In this document: positions 8,483 to 20,150 of the stretch, piece by piece
Layout of the letters: every line of letters starts with the position of its first letter
Position numbering within the stretch: position 1 is the stretch's first letter
NCBI GenBank assembly: GCA_050116575.1
Contig: JASFOJ010000007.1
Span: 18 to 64,017, forward strand
Length of the DNA stretch: 64,000 bases
Source: Gammaproteobacteria bacterium
GTDB taxonomy: Bacteria; Pseudomonadota; Gammaproteobacteria; SZUA-152
Direction of reading: 5' to 3'
The notes under the pieces: model-generated
Database searches by the model: none
The model's input: only the letters and a program-made list of their open reading frames with translations
Told to the model about the DNA's origin: nothing
Made by a program: the position numbers and the translations under genes

Positions 8483-11032
8483 CTATTCTGCTTCTTCTTC
8501 TACGTCGGGTTCGATGCGCTCGACGCCCACCAGTTTTTCGCCCTTGCTAAGACCAATGAGACGCACGCCCTGGGTATTGCGGCCCAGGACGGAGATCTCA
8601 TCAACCCGCGTGCGCACCAATGTACCGCCGTTGGTAATGAGCATGATTTCATCGTCGTCATTGACCAGCGATGCGCCTACCACGTCACCGTTGCGTTCAT
8701 TGACCTGGATGGACACCACGCCCTGGCCTCCACGGCCGTGAACGGGATAATTCTCCAGCAGCGTGCGCTTGCCGTAACCGTTGGCGGTGGCCGTCAACAC
8801 ACAGCCGGCACTGGTTTCGTCGGCGGTGATCAGGGAAATCACGCTTTGGCCTTCCGCCATCTTAATGCCCCGAACACCACTGGCATTGCGGCCCATGGGG
8901 CGTACGTTGTTTTCCTTGAACCGGATCACTTTGCCGGCACTGCTGAATAACAACACGTCCTTGTTACCATCGGTAAGGTTGACGCCCACCAGCCGGTTGC
9001 CGTCCCGCAGATCGATGGCAATAATACCGCTGGAGCGCGGACGGGAAAAATCTTTCAGCGGCGTTTTCTTCACCGTGCCGTTGGCGGTGGCGAAGAAAAT
9101 ATATTCACCTTCTTTATATTCCTTAACAGGCAGTACCGCGGTTATGCGCTCTTCCGCCTCCAGCGGTAACAAATTCACGATAGGCTTGCCGCGCGCGGCG
9201 CGGCCCGCCTGCGGCAGTTCGAACACTTTTTTCCAGTACACCTTGCCGAAACTGGAAAAACACAAAATGGTGTCGTGGGTATTGGCGATAAACAGTTTAT
9301 CAACGAAATCCGTGTCTTTCATGGAGGTGGCCGACTTACCCCGCCCGCCACGGCGCTGCGCCCGGTAATCGGTGAGCGGTTGTGCCTTGGCGTAACCTTC
9401 ATGGGACAGCGTCACCACCACGTCTTCCTCGCCGATGAGATCCTCCATGCTGAGGTCCACGTGGGTTTCATTAATCTCGGTGCGGCGCTTGTCACCGTAG
9501 CGGTCTTTAATATCCGCCAGCTCATCGCGAATCACCTGCATCAGGCGCGCTTCGTCCGCCAGGATTTCCCGCAAATCACGAATGGTGTCCAGCAGTTCCT
9601 TGTATTCCTCGATAATTTTTTCCTGCTCGAGGCCGGTGAGGCGATGCAGGCGTAAATCGAGAATGGCCTGGGCCTGGGCTTCACTGAGACGGTAACCTTT
9701 ATCCGTCAGGCCGAATTCCTCGCCCAAACCATCGGGCCGCGATGCCTGGGCGCCCGCCCGTTCCAACATGTCAATGACGATGCCCGGCTCCCAGAAATTA
9801 TCCAACAAACCCTGTTTGGCCTCCGCCGGATTGGCCGCCGCCTTGATCAGGGCGATAATGGGGTCAATGTTGGCCAGCGCCACCGCCAGACCTTCCAGGG
9901 TATGGGCGCGTTCGCGCGCCTTGCGCAGCTCGAAGACCGTGCGTCGGGTGACCACTTCGCGGCGGTGATCGATAAAAGCGGAAATGATCTGCTTGAGGTT
10001 CAACAACCGCGGCTGGCCATCGACCAGTGCCACCATGTTGATCCCGAATACCGACTGCATCGATGTCAGGCTATAAAGATTGTTCAGCAGGACTTCGGCC
10101 ACTTCACCGCGGCGCAACTCGATAACGATGCGCATGCCTTCCTTGTCGGATTCGTCACGCAGTTCGGAAATGCCGTCGATCTTTTTGTCCTTGACCAGCT
10201 CGGCGATTTTTTCAATGAGCCGCGCTTTATTGATCTGATACGGCAACTCGGTGACGATGATACGCTGTTTGCCGTTGGACTCTTCTTCGACATGGGTTTT
10301 AGCGCGCACATAAATGCGGCCCCGGCCGGTACGATAAGCCTGGATAATCCCCTGGGTACCATTGATAATCCCGGCGGTGGGAAAGTCCGGCCCGGGGATA
10401 TGCTCCATCAATCCGCGTACGTCGATGCTCTGATCATCAATATACGCAATGCACGCGTTGATGACTTCGGTAAGATTATGCGGGGGAATGTTGGTAGCCA
10501 TGCCCACCGCGATACCCGATGAACCGTTAATGAGCAGCGACGGCAACTTCGACGGAAATACTGCCGGTTCCCGTTCCGACTCATCGTAGTTTAAGACGAA
10601 GTTGACGGTTTCCTTGTCGATATCCGCCAACAACTCATGAGCAATCCGCGCCATGCGCACTTCGGTATAACGCATGGCCGCAGCCGCGTCGCCGTCCACG
10701 GAACCGAAGTTACCCTGGCCATCCACCAGCATATACCGCAGCGAAAACGGTTGCGCCATGCGCACGATGGTGTCGTATACCGCCGTGTCGCCGTGGGGAT
10801 GATATTTACCGATCACGTCGCCGACGATACGGGCGGATTTTTTGTAGGGCTTGTTCCAGTCGTTGCCCAGCACGCTCATGGCGTACAACACCCGCCGGTG
10901 CACCGGCTTCATGCCGTCGCGCACGTCTGGTAAGGCCCGCCCCACGATGACGCTCATGGCGTAATCGAGGTACGACTGCTTCATCTCATCTTCGATGTCG
11001 ATGGGGAGAACTTCTTTTGCGAAATCTACCAT
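8483..11032 (-). CDS. gyrA: DNA gyrase subunit A
   Basis: 849 aa. Contains the [18 protein letters not shown], the catalytic AAMRYTE region, C-terminal beta-pinwheel repeats and an acidic tail. Confidence 0.97.
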   Translation of the reverse strand: MVDFAKEVLPIDIEDEMKQSYLDYAMSVIVGRALPDVRDGMKPVHRRVLYAMSVLGNDWNKPYKKSARIVGDVIGKYHPHGDTAVYDTIVRMAQPFSLRYMLVDGQGNFGSVDGDAAAAMRYTEVRMARIAHELLADIDKETVNFVLNYDESEREPAVFPSKLPSLLINGSSGIAVGMATNIPPHNLTEVINACIAYIDDQSIDVRGLMEHIPGPDFPTAGIINGTQGIIQAYRTGRGRIYVRAKTHVEEESNGKQRIIVTELPYQINKARLIEKIAELVKDKKIDGISELRDESDKEGMRIVIELRRGEVAEVLLNNLYSLTSMQSVFGINMVALVDGQPRLLNLKQIISAFIDHRREVVTRRTVFELRKARERAHTLEGLAVALANIDPIIALIKAAANPAEAKQGLLDNFWEPGIVIDMLERAGAQASRPDGLGEEFGLTDKGYRLSEAQAQAILDLRLHRLTGLEQEKIIEEYKELLDTIRDLREILADEARLMQVIRDELADIKDRYGDKRRTEINETHVDLSMEDLIGEEDVVVTLSHEGYAKAQPLTDYRAQRRGGRGKSATSMKDTDFVDKLFIANTHDTILCFSSFGKVYWKKVFELPQAGRAARGKPIVNLLPLEAEERITAVLPVKEYKEGEYIFFATANGTVKKTPLKDFSRPRSSGIIAIDLRDGNRLVGVNLTDGNKDVLLFSSAGKVIRFKENNVRPMGRNASGVRGIKMAEGQSVISLITADETSAGCVLTATANGYGKRTLLENYPVHGRGGQGVVSIQVNERNGDVVGASLVNDDDEIMLITNGGTLVRTRVDEISVLGRNTQGVRLIGLSKGEKLVGVERIEPDVEEEAE

Positions 11033-11241
11033 TGGGAATGTCTAAAAATTGTTATCGAATTTGTTAGTTGGCAATTGGTGGCTTTGGTCAATTATCAATC
11101 AACCGAATTCCAAGTCACCAAACAGGTTATTATACAAGCCGATTTATCCGCCGAATGATAACATAATAGTCCTACCTACTGCATCTAATAAAAAGGCGTG
11201 GAGAAAGGATTTGTGAGCGTCTCAGGTGAATTTAAGTTGCT

Positions 11242-12288
11242 TTATTCGGGTTTTTTTCGCATGGCCGCCATACTTTCCTGACCGGGCGAGGTAACGGTCC
11301 CTTGTTCAGTAACGATCACGTCCACCAGCGATGCCGGAGTGACGTCGAAAGCGGGGTTCCAGGCACTGGCATTGGCGGGGCTAACCGGTTGTCCGTGGAA
11401 CGACAACACTTCGTCGGGCAGGCGTTGCTCGATGGGAATGGATGTACCGTCGGTGAGCGACCAGTCAATGGTGGACGTAGGCGCCACCACCATGAATTTC
11501 ACGCCGTGGTAGCGGGCATTCACCGCCAGATTGTAGGTACCAATCTTGTTAGCCACGTCACCATTGGCAGTAATCCGGTCAGCGCCCACAATAACCCATT
11601 GCACTTTGCCCTGCTGCATTAAATAGCCAGCCGCACTGTCAGCAATAAGCGTTACCGGGATGCCGTCCTGCATTAATTCCCACGCGGTCAACCGCGAACC
11701 CTGCAGCCAGGGACGGGTTTCGTCGGCGAACACCTGGTTTAACTTATTGTCGGAGTATGCGCTACGGATGACCCCGAGTGCCGTACCGTAACCGCCGGTG
11801 GCCAGGGAACCGGTATTGCAATGGGTCAGTACACTTTGGCCGGGTTCGATGAACGCCGCCCCAAGCCGGCCCATGGTGTGGTTAGCGGCAACGTCCTGCT
11901 GGTGAATTTCTTTAGCGGCCTCCAGCAACGGCGTCACCGGATTATCAACCACGCAATCGATCACTTTGCGCATACGCTGGATCGCCCAGAACAGGTTCAC
12001 CGCCGTGGGCCGGGATGCCGCCAGCAATTCCAGATCACTTTCCACGAGTTGCTGCCAGGATTCCGGGGACTGCCTGAAACGCTCTTGTGCCGCCAATACC
12101 ACCGCGTAGCCAGCGGTAATACCGATGGCCGGCGCGCCACGCACCACCATATCGCGGATGGCCTGCGCGGCCTCCCCGGCGTTGCGCACATCCAGATAAA
12201 GCTGTTCCGCCGGCAGCCGCCGCTGGTCCAGCAATTTCATATGGTCATCACACCATTGTATGGCGCGAATGGTATCATGCGCCGGCAT
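11242..12288 (-). CDS. mtnA: S-methyl-5-thioribose-1-phosphate isomerase
   Basis: 348 aa of the eIF-2B alpha/beta/delta family. Motifs include [18 protein letters not shown] and [18 protein letters not shown]. Confidence 0.88.
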   Translation of the reverse strand: MPAHDTIRAIQWCDDHMKLLDQRRLPAEQLYLDVRNAGEAAQAIRDMVVRGAPAIGITAGYAVVLAAQERFRQSPESWQQLVESDLELLAASRPTAVNLFWAIQRMRKVIDCVVDNPVTPLLEAAKEIHQQDVAANHTMGRLGAAFIEPGQSVLTHCNTGSLATGGYGTALGVIRSAYSDNKLNQVFADETRPWLQGSRLTAWELMQDGIPVTLIADSAAGYLMQQGKVQWVIVGADRITANGDVANKIGTYNLAVNARYHGVKFMVVAPTSTIDWSLTDGTSIPIEQRLPDEVLSFHGQPVSPANASAWNPAFDVTPASLVDVIVTEQGTVTSPGQESMAAMRKKPE

Positions 12289-12453
12289 TGTTAACGTTCC
12301 CGTGTATGATCATAAACACTATCAATGTTCCTTTTATTAAAAGGGCGGCCAATGTACCACTTCCCGTTCCCCGGTACCATTGTTGGATACAAACAATGGT
12401 CTGCCGTGCGGATTTACTTGCATCGATTACCTGCTTGCCGGTAAGGTTCACCC

Positions 12454-13794
12454 ATGCAAGACGTTGATTTACTCATTTTTGCCCAGTGGGTTGTCACCGT
12501 GGATGACGCTGACTCCGTGCTCGAAGAACACGCGGTGGCCGTACACGACGGGCGCATTATGGATATCCTGCCATGGCCTCAGGCCAGGCAACGCTATCGC
12601 AGTGAGAACACGCATCAACTGGATCACCAGGCATTGATTCCCGGTTTGATCAATGCCCACACCCATGCCGCTATGACATTGTTCCGCGGCCTCGCCGACG
12701 ACCTTCATTTGATGGAATGGTTACAGGATCACATCTGGCCGGCGGAAGGCAAATGGGTGAGCGACGAATTTGTCCACGACGGTACCCTGCACGCCGCGGC
12801 GGAAATGATTCGCGGCGGTACCACGTGTTTCAACGATATGTACTTCTTTCCCGATGTCACCGCTCGCGTTATTGACCATTGCGGCATGCGCGCCACGGTG
12901 GGGTTAATTCTCATCGACTTTCCCACGGTATGGGCCAGCGATGCTGATGAATACATCAGCAAAGGCCTGGAAGTGCATGACCACTACCGCAGCAATACCC
13001 GCATCAATACCGCCTTTGCACCCCATGCGCCGTACACAGTGTCCGACGAACCGTTAACCCGCGTTGAAACCCTGGCCGAAGAACTGGATATTCCTGTCCA
13101 TATCCACGTTCACGAAACCGCTTTCGAAGTGAAACAGGCGGTGGACCAGAACGGTCTACGGCCATTGTCGCGGCTCAATGACAAAGGCCTTTTGTCTCCG
13201 CGGTTACAGGCGGTGCACATGACACAACTGACCGATAAAGAAATTGATTTGCTGGCCACCAGCAACGCCAACGTGGTGCATTGCCCCGAATCCAACCTGA
13301 AACTGGCCAGCGGTTATTGCCCCGTGCAAAAACTGCTGCAATCCGGTGTCAATGTGGCTCTGGGCACCGACGGCGCGGCCAGCAACAACGATCTGGACAT
13401 GCTTGGTGAAATGCGCACCGCCGCGCTACTGGCCAAATCCGTAGCGGGCGATGCCAGCGCCTTGCCGGCGCACGCCGCCTTGCGCATGGCCACCATTAAC
13501 GGCGCCCGGGCGCTGGGCATCGACAACATCACCGGTTCGCTTGAAAAAGGCAAGGCCGCCGATCTGGTCGCGGTGGACATGGAAACGCTGGAAACCCAGC
13601 CGCTATATAATGTGGTATCCCAGCTGGTGTATTCCACCACGCGTAACCAGGTGAGCAATGTCTGGGTCGCGGGGCAACACTTGTTGAAAAATCATGTCTT
13701 AACGACCATTGACGAAAAGGAAGTGATCAACAAATCCCGCGAATGGAAAGACAAGATCTACCAGAGCGATCGCACCGGGCAAACAGAAGTATGA
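12454..13794 (+). CDS. mtaD: 5-methylthioadenosine/S-adenosylhomocysteine deaminase (TRZ/ATZ amidohydrolase)
   Basis: 446 aa. Metal ligands INAHTHAAMT, HVHE and GTDGAASNN are present. Its position between mtnA and ubiG matches Pseudomonas-like genomes. Confidence 0.8.
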   Translation: MQDVDLLIFAQWVVTVDDADSVLEEHAVAVHDGRIMDILPWPQARQRYRSENTHQLDHQALIPGLINAHTHAAMTLFRGLADDLHLMEWLQDHIWPAEGKWVSDEFVHDGTLHAAAEMIRGGTTCFNDMYFFPDVTARVIDHCGMRATVGLILIDFPTVWASDADEYISKGLEVHDHYRSNTRINTAFAPHAPYTVSDEPLTRVETLAEELDIPVHIHVHETAFEVKQAVDQNGLRPLSRLNDKGLLSPRLQAVHMTQLTDKEIDLLATSNANVVHCPESNLKLASGYCPVQKLLQSGVNVALGTDGAASNNDLDMLGEMRTAALLAKSVAGDASALPAHAALRMATINGARALGIDNITGSLEKGKAADLVAVDMETLETQPLYNVVSQLVYSTTRNQVSNVWVAGQHLLKNHVLTTIDEKEVINKSREWKDKIYQSDRTGQTEV

Positions 13795-13839
13795 AACCGT
13801 AAGCACATAATTCCAAATTTTCAGGCCACACAGACAATC

Positions 13840-14562
13840 ATGACGCAAACCGCACAACCGGACAGACAACAAAACGTCGACCCTAAGGAAATTGCCAAGT
13901 TCGAAGCACTGGCATCACGTTGGTGGGACCCCAACAGCGAATTTAAACCACTGCACGATATCAATCCCTTGCGATTGAACTACATCGACGAACACGCGGG
14001 ACTGGCCGGCAAACAAGTGATCGATGTGGGTTGCGGCGGCGGTATCCTGGCGGAAAGCATGGCCCATCGCGGCGCCACCGTAATGGGTATCGACATGGGT
14101 GAAGCACCATTAGGTGTGGCCCGTCTGCACGGCATGGAATCCGGCGTCAATGTTGAGTACCGGCAAACCGGCGCTGAATCCATGGCCGAACAGCATGCCG
14201 GACAGTATGATATTGTCACCTGCATGGAAATGCTCGAACACGTCCCGGACCCCACCAAAACCATTGCCGCTTGCGCCGAACTGGTTAAACCCGGTGGTGA
14301 TGTTTTTTTCTCTACCATCAACCGCAATCCCAAGTCGTTTTTGTTTGCCATCATCGGCGCCGAATACGTGCTGCGGCTATTACCCAAAGGCACACACGAA
14401 TATCGCAACTTCATCCGCCCCTCGGAACTGGAAACCTGGTCACGGCATGCCAGTTTAACGCTAAATCACATGACAGGCATGAGCTACAACCCGTTAACCA
14501 AACAGTATTGGTTGGGACGGGATGTTAACGTGAATTACATGATGCATTTCGTGAAAGACTAA
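13840..14562 (+). CDS. ubiG: bifunctional 2-polyprenyl-6-hydroxyphenol / 3-demethylubiquinol O-methyltransferase
   Basis: 240 aa. N-terminal WWD motif ([19 protein letters not shown]) and SAM-binding motif [13 protein letters not shown]. Confidence 0.9.
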   Translation: MTQTAQPDRQQNVDPKEIAKFEALASRWWDPNSEFKPLHDINPLRLNYIDEHAGLAGKQVIDVGCGGGILAESMAHRGATVMGIDMGEAPLGVARLHGMESGVNVEYRQTGAESMAEQHAGQYDIVTCMEMLEHVPDPTKTIAACAELVKPGGDVFFSTINRNPKSFLFAIIGAEYVLRLLPKGTHEYRNFIRPSELETWSRHASLTLNHMTGMSYNPLTKQYWLGRDVNVNYMMHFVKD

Positions 14563-14586
14563 CAGGCCTTGGCTTCGAATAAACGC

Positions 14587-14860
14587 TGATCGCCAGCAGG
14601 CTGGCTCCTACACAGAAACACCCACGACGGTATATTTTGGCGTAGGAGCCAGCCTGCTGGCGATAAAGCGTTGCCAATATTAGCCTCGCTTTCCAGCCGC
14701 CTATGGCCCATCAGGTAACTGGATGATGGGCACGATTTACCTTTGACGGTTTGACTGCAAGCCCCAGCACCGAATAAGCCTTCGATCGCCTGCAAGCAGG
14801 CTCCTACACAGCAACACCCTTGGCGGTAGATTTTGGTGTAGGAGCCAGCTTGCTGGCGAT
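14587..14860. repeat. composite REP-like element, copy B
   Basis: Same architecture and orientation as 3369-3642. Palindromes lie at 14589-14666 and 14784-14860. The shared core is CATCAGGTAAYTGGRTGATGGGCACGATTTACCTTTGACGGTTTGAC. A degenerate third unit lies at about 14981-15050. Confidence 0.75.
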
Positions 14861-15082
14861 ACGGCATCACAGACATGCTCCACCCTTTCGGGACACTCGT
14901 TACCTATCAGACTCCGAAACGACTACCATAAATTACCATCCGCAATTTAACGACATACCTCGGAACAGAACAAACCTTTAATCGCTTTTAAAGCAAGCTC
15001 CTACCCCTCAACTTCACACCGAGGCAGGTTCCAGTACAGGACCCCACTTCGGTTTTGAACAATTGGTGTTACAATACCGCTC

Positions 15083-16405
15083 ATGTTTGATACCAACCAG
15101 ATTTTTATTGTTGTCGCGGTGGGACTGATTTCCCTGTTGTTGGGCGCCTTGATTGTCTACCTGCGAAGCCAATCCATTATCAACACCCTGCGCGAAACCA
15201 ACGCGGCATTAAACGCCACCCTGGATTCAGAACGCCAGGCGGCAAATGCACGTATCATGGAGTTGGAAAAGGCGCGGGAAAAACTGGCTGAAACTTTCGG
15301 CGCTCTATCCAATGAAGCATTAAAGGCCAACAGTGTCGAGTTCCTGAAGCTTGCCAAGGAAAACCTCAAACAGTTTCAAATGCAGGCGCAAAACGAACTC
15401 AGCCAGAAAGAAAAATCCTTCGAAAACCTGGTCAAGCCTATCAAGGAAACCCTGGAAAAAACCGAAAAACAAATCCGCCAAATGGAGCACGAACGCAAAG
15501 AGGCCCACGGCGCCCTCACCCAGCATTTACAAACCATGATGGAAGCTCACCAGGCGTTACAAGGCGAAACCCGCAATTTAGTCAACGCCTTACGCCGTCC
15601 AGAGGTGCGCGGTCAATGGGGTGAATTAACATTGAAACGCCTGGCTGAACTGGCGGGCATGGTGGAACATTGTGACTTTTACGAACAGGAACACACAACC
15701 ACCGGCGAAGGGGCGTTGCGACCCGATATGGTGGTGCGCATGCCCGGCGGCCGGGAAATCGTGGTGGATGTAAAAACCCCGCTGGATGCTTATATCAGTG
15801 CCGTGGAAACCACCGACGAAACTCAGCGGGCCCAACACCTGCAACGCCACACCAAAAATGTGCGCGACCGGGTTAAGGAACTGTCGAGCAAAGCCTACTG
15901 GTCCCAGTTTAAGCAGTCACCGGACTTCGTGGTGCTGTTTATCCCCGGCGAGCAGTTTTTGAGTACGGCACTGGATAACGATGCCGGATTGCTGGAATTC
16001 GCAATGAAACAGAAAGTCATCCTGGCCACCCCCACCAGCATGGTGGCATTAATGCGCGCCATCGCCTATGGCTGGCGACAGGAGTCACTGGCGGAAAACG
16101 CGGTACACATTCGCGAAATCGGCAGCGAGCTTTATCAGCGGTTAGCGACGTTTACCGACCATTTAAGCAAAATGGGCAAGAGCCTGACCAGTTCCGTGCA
16201 GCACTTTAATAAAGCCGTGGGTTCCATGGATACCCGCATACTGCCCAGCGCCAAAAAGTTCACGGAAATGGGCATACACACCGACAAGCCCGTTGAGTCA
16301 TTATCGCAAATTGAAACCACGCCGCGCAGTGTGGAATCAAGTCCGGAGCCGGAACACCAACCGGATGGCAAGAAGAAAAAAAACAAGGCGGATAGCGTTG
16401 TTTAA
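15083..16405 (+). CDS. rmuC: DNA recombination protein RmuC
   Basis: 440 aa. An N-terminal TM helix, a long coiled coil, and a C-terminal RmuC nuclease-like region (VVDVKTPLDAY, VLFIPGEQF). Confidence 0.88.
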   Translation: MFDTNQIFIVVAVGLISLLLGALIVYLRSQSIINTLRETNAALNATLDSERQAANARIMELEKAREKLAETFGALSNEALKANSVEFLKLAKENLKQFQMQAQNELSQKEKSFENLVKPIKETLEKTEKQIRQMEHERKEAHGALTQHLQTMMEAHQALQGETRNLVNALRRPEVRGQWGELTLKRLAELAGMVEHCDFYEQEHTTTGEGALRPDMVVRMPGGREIVVDVKTPLDAYISAVETTDETQRAQHLQRHTKNVRDRVKELSSKAYWSQFKQSPDFVVLFIPGEQFLSTALDNDAGLLEFAMKQKVILATPTSMVALMRAIAYGWRQESLAENAVHIREIGSELYQRLATFTDHLSKMGKSLTSSVQHFNKAVGSMDTRILPSAKKFTEMGIHTDKPVESLSQIETTPRSVESSPEPEHQPDGKKKKNKADSVV

Positions 16406-16558
16406 CGCCAACAGCGCACCCTCGTTATACCCACAATTGTTAGCGCCCTTGTCGGTGGTAATCCCGAGACAATGTTTGAAAAGCGATCAGCCGCAACTAT
16501 TTTCCATCGCTAACATAAACAGCAAATAGCGTTACAGGTTAGAGCCATCCATGAACCG

Positions 16559-16819
16559 TTACTTGTTTTTCTCCTCGCCCTCTTCGAGTTTTTCCCGTAA
16601 TGCTTTTTTGCCTTCTTTCACCATTTCCGTGGTTGTTTCCTTGGCTTTGTCGGCGAATTCGCGGGTTTTCTCCTTGGCGATTTCCGACAGCGGCTTGTCT
16701 TCAAAGGGATTGGTCCAGAAATCCTTGTCTTTACCGATGTTGACGCCGAACCAGAGTCCCAGAATAAGCCCGATTACCACGCCTACGATGTATTTATTCA
16801 ATCGTTCCATGTTTTTCAA
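16559..16819 (-). CDS. small membrane-anchored YtxH-like protein
   Basis: 86 aa. One N-terminal TM helix (IVGVVIGLILGLWFGV) followed by a charged helical tail. The true start may be the internal MERL codon. Confidence 0.5.
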   Translation of the reverse strand: MKNMERLNKYIVGVVIGLILGLWFGVNIGKDKDFWTNPFEDKPLSEIAKEKTREFADKAKETTTEMVKEGKKALREKLEEGEEKNK

Positions 16820-16846
16820 CCTTAGTTGTAAATTAATGTCGACACT

Positions 16847-17719
16847 ATGTTAGCCCAACCGGATAACCGAGTCCAAGCAGCGTATCAACATTGTCTTGAT
16901 ATAGTACAGGGACACTATGAAAACTTTCCCGTCGCCTCCCTGTTGCTGCCAAAAAACCTGCGCCGGCCCATCGCGGTGATTTATGCCTTTGCCCGCTCCG
17001 CCGATGATTTCGCCGATGAAGGTGACCGCCCCCAACAACAGCGGCTCGACCTGTTGAATGGTTATGATCGCAAACTCGACAAAGTGCAACACGGGGAACC
17101 GGACGAAGATATTTTTATCGCCTTGCAGCATGTCATGGTCACCCACCAACTACCGGTCCAGTTGTTCCATGATCTACTCACGGCGTTTAAGCAGGACGTG
17201 ACCCAAAAGCGCTATGAGTCATTTGACGATGTCATGAATTATTGCCGCTGTTCAGCCAATCCCGTCGGCCGCCTGTTGCTGCACTTGACCGACCAAGCCT
17301 CGCCGCAAAACCTGCGGGATTCAGATGCCATCTGCAGTGCCCTGCAGCTCATCAATTTTTTGCAGGACATCGGCCAGGACTATGATGAAAATGGCCGTAT
17401 TTACCTGCCGCAGGACGAAATGCGGCAATTCGGCGTTACGGAAAAGGATATTGCGACCCGGCAATCCACGGACGCCATGCGGGCATTAATTGACCATCAA
17501 ACCCGCCGGGCCGGCGCCATGATGCTGGATGGCGCGCCACTGGGCAACCGCATTCCCGGACGCTTCGGCCTGCAACTGCGCATGATGATCAACGGCGGGT
17601 TACAGGTCCTGAAATTAGTGGAAAATCAAACACAAAGTGTCTTCAAACGTCCCCGCCTGCGTGCGCCGCACTGGCTGAAAATCACCGGATACGCATTCAC
17701 GAAACAATACATCCGCTAA
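16847..17719 (+). CDS. hpnC: hydroxysqualene synthase HpnC (squalene/phytoene synthase family)
   Basis: 290 aa. Contains HYENFPVASLLLP and the Asp-rich YAFARSADDFADEG motif characteristic of HpnC, followed by hpnD and hpnE. Confidence 0.85.
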   Translation: MLAQPDNRVQAAYQHCLDIVQGHYENFPVASLLLPKNLRRPIAVIYAFARSADDFADEGDRPQQQRLDLLNGYDRKLDKVQHGEPDEDIFIALQHVMVTHQLPVQLFHDLLTAFKQDVTQKRYESFDDVMNYCRCSANPVGRLLLHLTDQASPQNLRDSDAICSALQLINFLQDIGQDYDENGRIYLPQDEMRQFGVTEKDIATRQSTDAMRALIDHQTRRAGAMMLDGAPLGNRIPGRFGLQLRMMINGGLQVLKLVENQTQSVFKRPRLRAPHWLKITGYAFTKQYIR

Positions 17720-17818
17720 TGACCCGAATTACGAAATTGCCGAAAATCACGGTCTTACATAGAGACTGGCGTTGAGCTCCGGTATAATTACCTTTCTATC
17801 AATTCCAATATACAGTTC

Positions 17819-18691
17819 ATGACACCAGACGACTATTGTCAGGAAAAAGCCGCCAGCAGCGGTTCCAGCTTTTATTACAGTTTTTTATTTTTGCCTCCGG
17901 CACAGCGTAAAGCCATTACGGCGCTTTATGCGTTCTGCCGTGAAGTGGATGATATCGTCGATGAATGCCGTGAACCGCACATTGCACGTGTTAAATTGCA
18001 ATGGTGGCGGGATTCCCTGCGCGCAACCTTTGCCGGCGAGCCCCAGCACCCGGTGCAACAGGCACTGGCCGAACCCGTTAAAACATTCGAGCTGCCATTG
18101 GAACATTTCCTGGAAATTATCGATGGCATGGAAATGGACCTGGACCAAAATCGCTACGCCACCTTTGATGACCTGTCATTATATTGCTATCGGGCGGCCA
18201 GCGTGGTGGGTTTGCTGGCGGCCCGGATTTTCGGCTATCACGATCCGGCCGTCCTCGACTACGCGGAAAATCTGGGCATGGCGTTTCAATTAACCAACAT
18301 TATCCGCGACATCAAGGAAGACGCCGCCCGCGACCGCATTTATATTCCACAACAGGAACTGCAGCAATTCGGCGTTACCGAATCCGATATCCTGGAATCA
18401 CGGATCAATGAGGCGATGGCGAGCTTATTGAAGTTTCAATCGCAGCGGGCCAAGTCGTATTATGAAAAAGCCTTCAGCTTCCTGCCGGAACAGGACCGCT
18501 ATTCGCAACGCAGTGGTTTAATCATGGCGGCCATATATCTCAATACGCTGCAAGTTATCGAAAAAGACAGCACCCGTGTACTTGATGGTAGAATATCGCT
18601 GACACCCATAAAAAAACTCTGGCTGGCCTGGACCACCGCCCGCTCGGAAAAGCGCCGCCATAAAAAATACCTGCAAACCTGCCGTACCTGA
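17819..18691 (+). CDS. hpnD: presqualene diphosphate synthase HpnD
   Basis: 290 aa. Contains SSFYYSFLFLPPAQRKAITALYAFCREVDDIVDE and a second Asp-rich region NIIRDIKEDAARDRIY. Confidence 0.85.
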   Translation: MTPDDYCQEKAASSGSSFYYSFLFLPPAQRKAITALYAFCREVDDIVDECREPHIARVKLQWWRDSLRATFAGEPQHPVQQALAEPVKTFELPLEHFLEIIDGMEMDLDQNRYATFDDLSLYCYRAASVVGLLAARIFGYHDPAVLDYAENLGMAFQLTNIIRDIKEDAARDRIYIPQQELQQFGVTESDILESRINEAMASLLKFQSQRAKSYYEKAFSFLPEQDRYSQRSGLIMAAIYLNTLQVIEKDSTRVLDGRISLTPIKKLWLAWTTARSEKRRHKKYLQTCRT

Positions 18692-18732
18692 TATGCCAAT
18701 CATTATCTTTCCACAACATTTAATTAATAACC

Positions 18733-20130
18733 GTGACTGATCCCAAACCTGTTATCGTTGCCGGCGGCGGCTGGGCCGGTTTGACCACGGCTGTTGAATT
18801 GGTGCGCCATGACATACCGGTGGTACTGCTGGAATCGGCCAAACAACTGGGCGGGCGCGCCAGGCGCGTGCTGTTTGAAGATAATATAAAAGATAAAACC
18901 GACACCACGGCCTCCCGTCATAGCGACACCGATAAAATCAGTATCGATAACGGCCAACACCTGTTAATCGGCGCCTACGACTCCACATTATCCATGTTGC
19001 GTACCATCGGTGTCGCCGAAGAAAGCGTGTTACTGCGGTACAAATTAGCACTGAATATGAGGCGCCGCGAGGGTCGAAATGTTAGAATAACGGCCGGCTG
19101 GCTACCGGCACCCCTGCATATTGCATGGGGCCTGTTGTTTGCTTCGGGTTTCTCGCTGCAAGACCGGTTAAAAGCGTTGCGCTTTTGCCGCGCTATGCAG
19201 AAAACGGATTTTTCTATTGCAACGGATATGAGCTGCCTGGCGTTATTCCGGCAGCACGGGCAATCGGACAATGTGATAAAAACGTTATGGGAGCCGCTGT
19301 GTGTCGCGGCGTTAAATACGCCCATTGCCACTGCCTCTGCCGTTGTGTTTTTACGAACCCTGCGCGAAGCGTTTAACCACGGCCGTGCCGATTCGGACTT
19401 ATTGTTTACCCGCGTCGACCTGGGTAACCTCTATCCCGATCATGCGATGGATTACATCGAAAAACACGGCGGCAACGTCAGACTGGGACAGCGCGTTGTC
19501 GATGTACTGGTAGATAAAAAACAAAGCCGCGGCGTCCGTGGCGTCAAAGTGCAGGATAAGGAAATCCAGTGTGACCACCTGGTGTTGGCAACACCGCATT
19601 TTGTAACCCGTAAATTGCTGGCGCCCCATGGACGGTTGACGGAACTGACAGAAAAATTATCAAATTTTGAAAACCAGCCGATTACGACCGTGTATTTACA
19701 GTACCCGGAACATATCAGTACCAACAGTCCCATGTTGGGGCTGGTGGACACCGTTGGCCAATGGATTTTTGACCGACGTATTTATGGTCAACCGGGTTTA
19801 ATGGCGATCGTTATCAGCAGTGACGGTCCCCATACTCATATGGACAACAATGAACTGTGCGAAATTATTGAACGCGAGCTGGCAGACGTGTTTCCGCGCT
19901 GGCCCAAAGCGCAATACCGCATGGTGATCCGGGAAAAAAGGGCAACGTTTAACTGCGTGCCCGATTGCAATAATTACCGGCCGGGCAACAAAACGCCGCT
20001 ACGGGGACTTTGGCTGGCAGGCGACTATACTGATACTAAACTGCCCCCGACGCTTGAAGGGGCGGTGCGCAGCGGCAAGCGATGCGCACGAGCGATAATA
20101 AAAGCAATACATGAATCAGAACAACATTAA
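18733..20130 (+). CDS. hpnE: hydroxysqualene dehydroxylase HpnE (FAD-dependent amine-oxidase fold)
   Basis: 465 aa with a GTG start. FAD motif VIVAGGGWAGLTTAVEL, C-terminal LWLAGDYT...TLEGAVRSG, and a position directly after hpnCD. Confidence 0.8.
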   Translation: MTDPKPVIVAGGGWAGLTTAVELVRHDIPVVLLESAKQLGGRARRVLFEDNIKDKTDTTASRHSDTDKISIDNGQHLLIGAYDSTLSMLRTIGVAEESVLLRYKLALNMRRREGRNVRITAGWLPAPLHIAWGLLFASGFSLQDRLKALRFCRAMQKTDFSIATDMSCLALFRQHGQSDNVIKTLWEPLCVAALNTPIATASAVVFLRTLREAFNHGRADSDLLFTRVDLGNLYPDHAMDYIEKHGGNVRLGQRVVDVLVDKKQSRGVRGVKVQDKEIQCDHLVLATPHFVTRKLLAPHGRLTELTEKLSNFENQPITTVYLQYPEHISTNSPMLGLVDTVGQWIFDRRIYGQPGLMAIVISSDGPHTHMDNNELCEIIERELADVFPRWPKAQYRMVIREKRATFNCVPDCNNYRPGNKTPLRGLWLAGDYTDTKLPPTLEGAVRSGKRCARAIIKAIHESEQH

Positions 20131-20150
20131 CCGGGAGAAATTAAACCAGG

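Noticed and set aside
8453-8950. Long plus-strand ORFs inside gyrA (8453-8950, 8781-9368, 9902-10522). Similar antisense ORFs lie inside pheA (5302-5898), serA (6661-7140, 6710-7219), tyrA (2684-3367) and the MBL gene (37404-37976)
   Set aside because: They are shadow frames opposite strongly supported genes. They are rich in Arg, Gly and His, typical of antisense translation, and contain no recognisable motifs.
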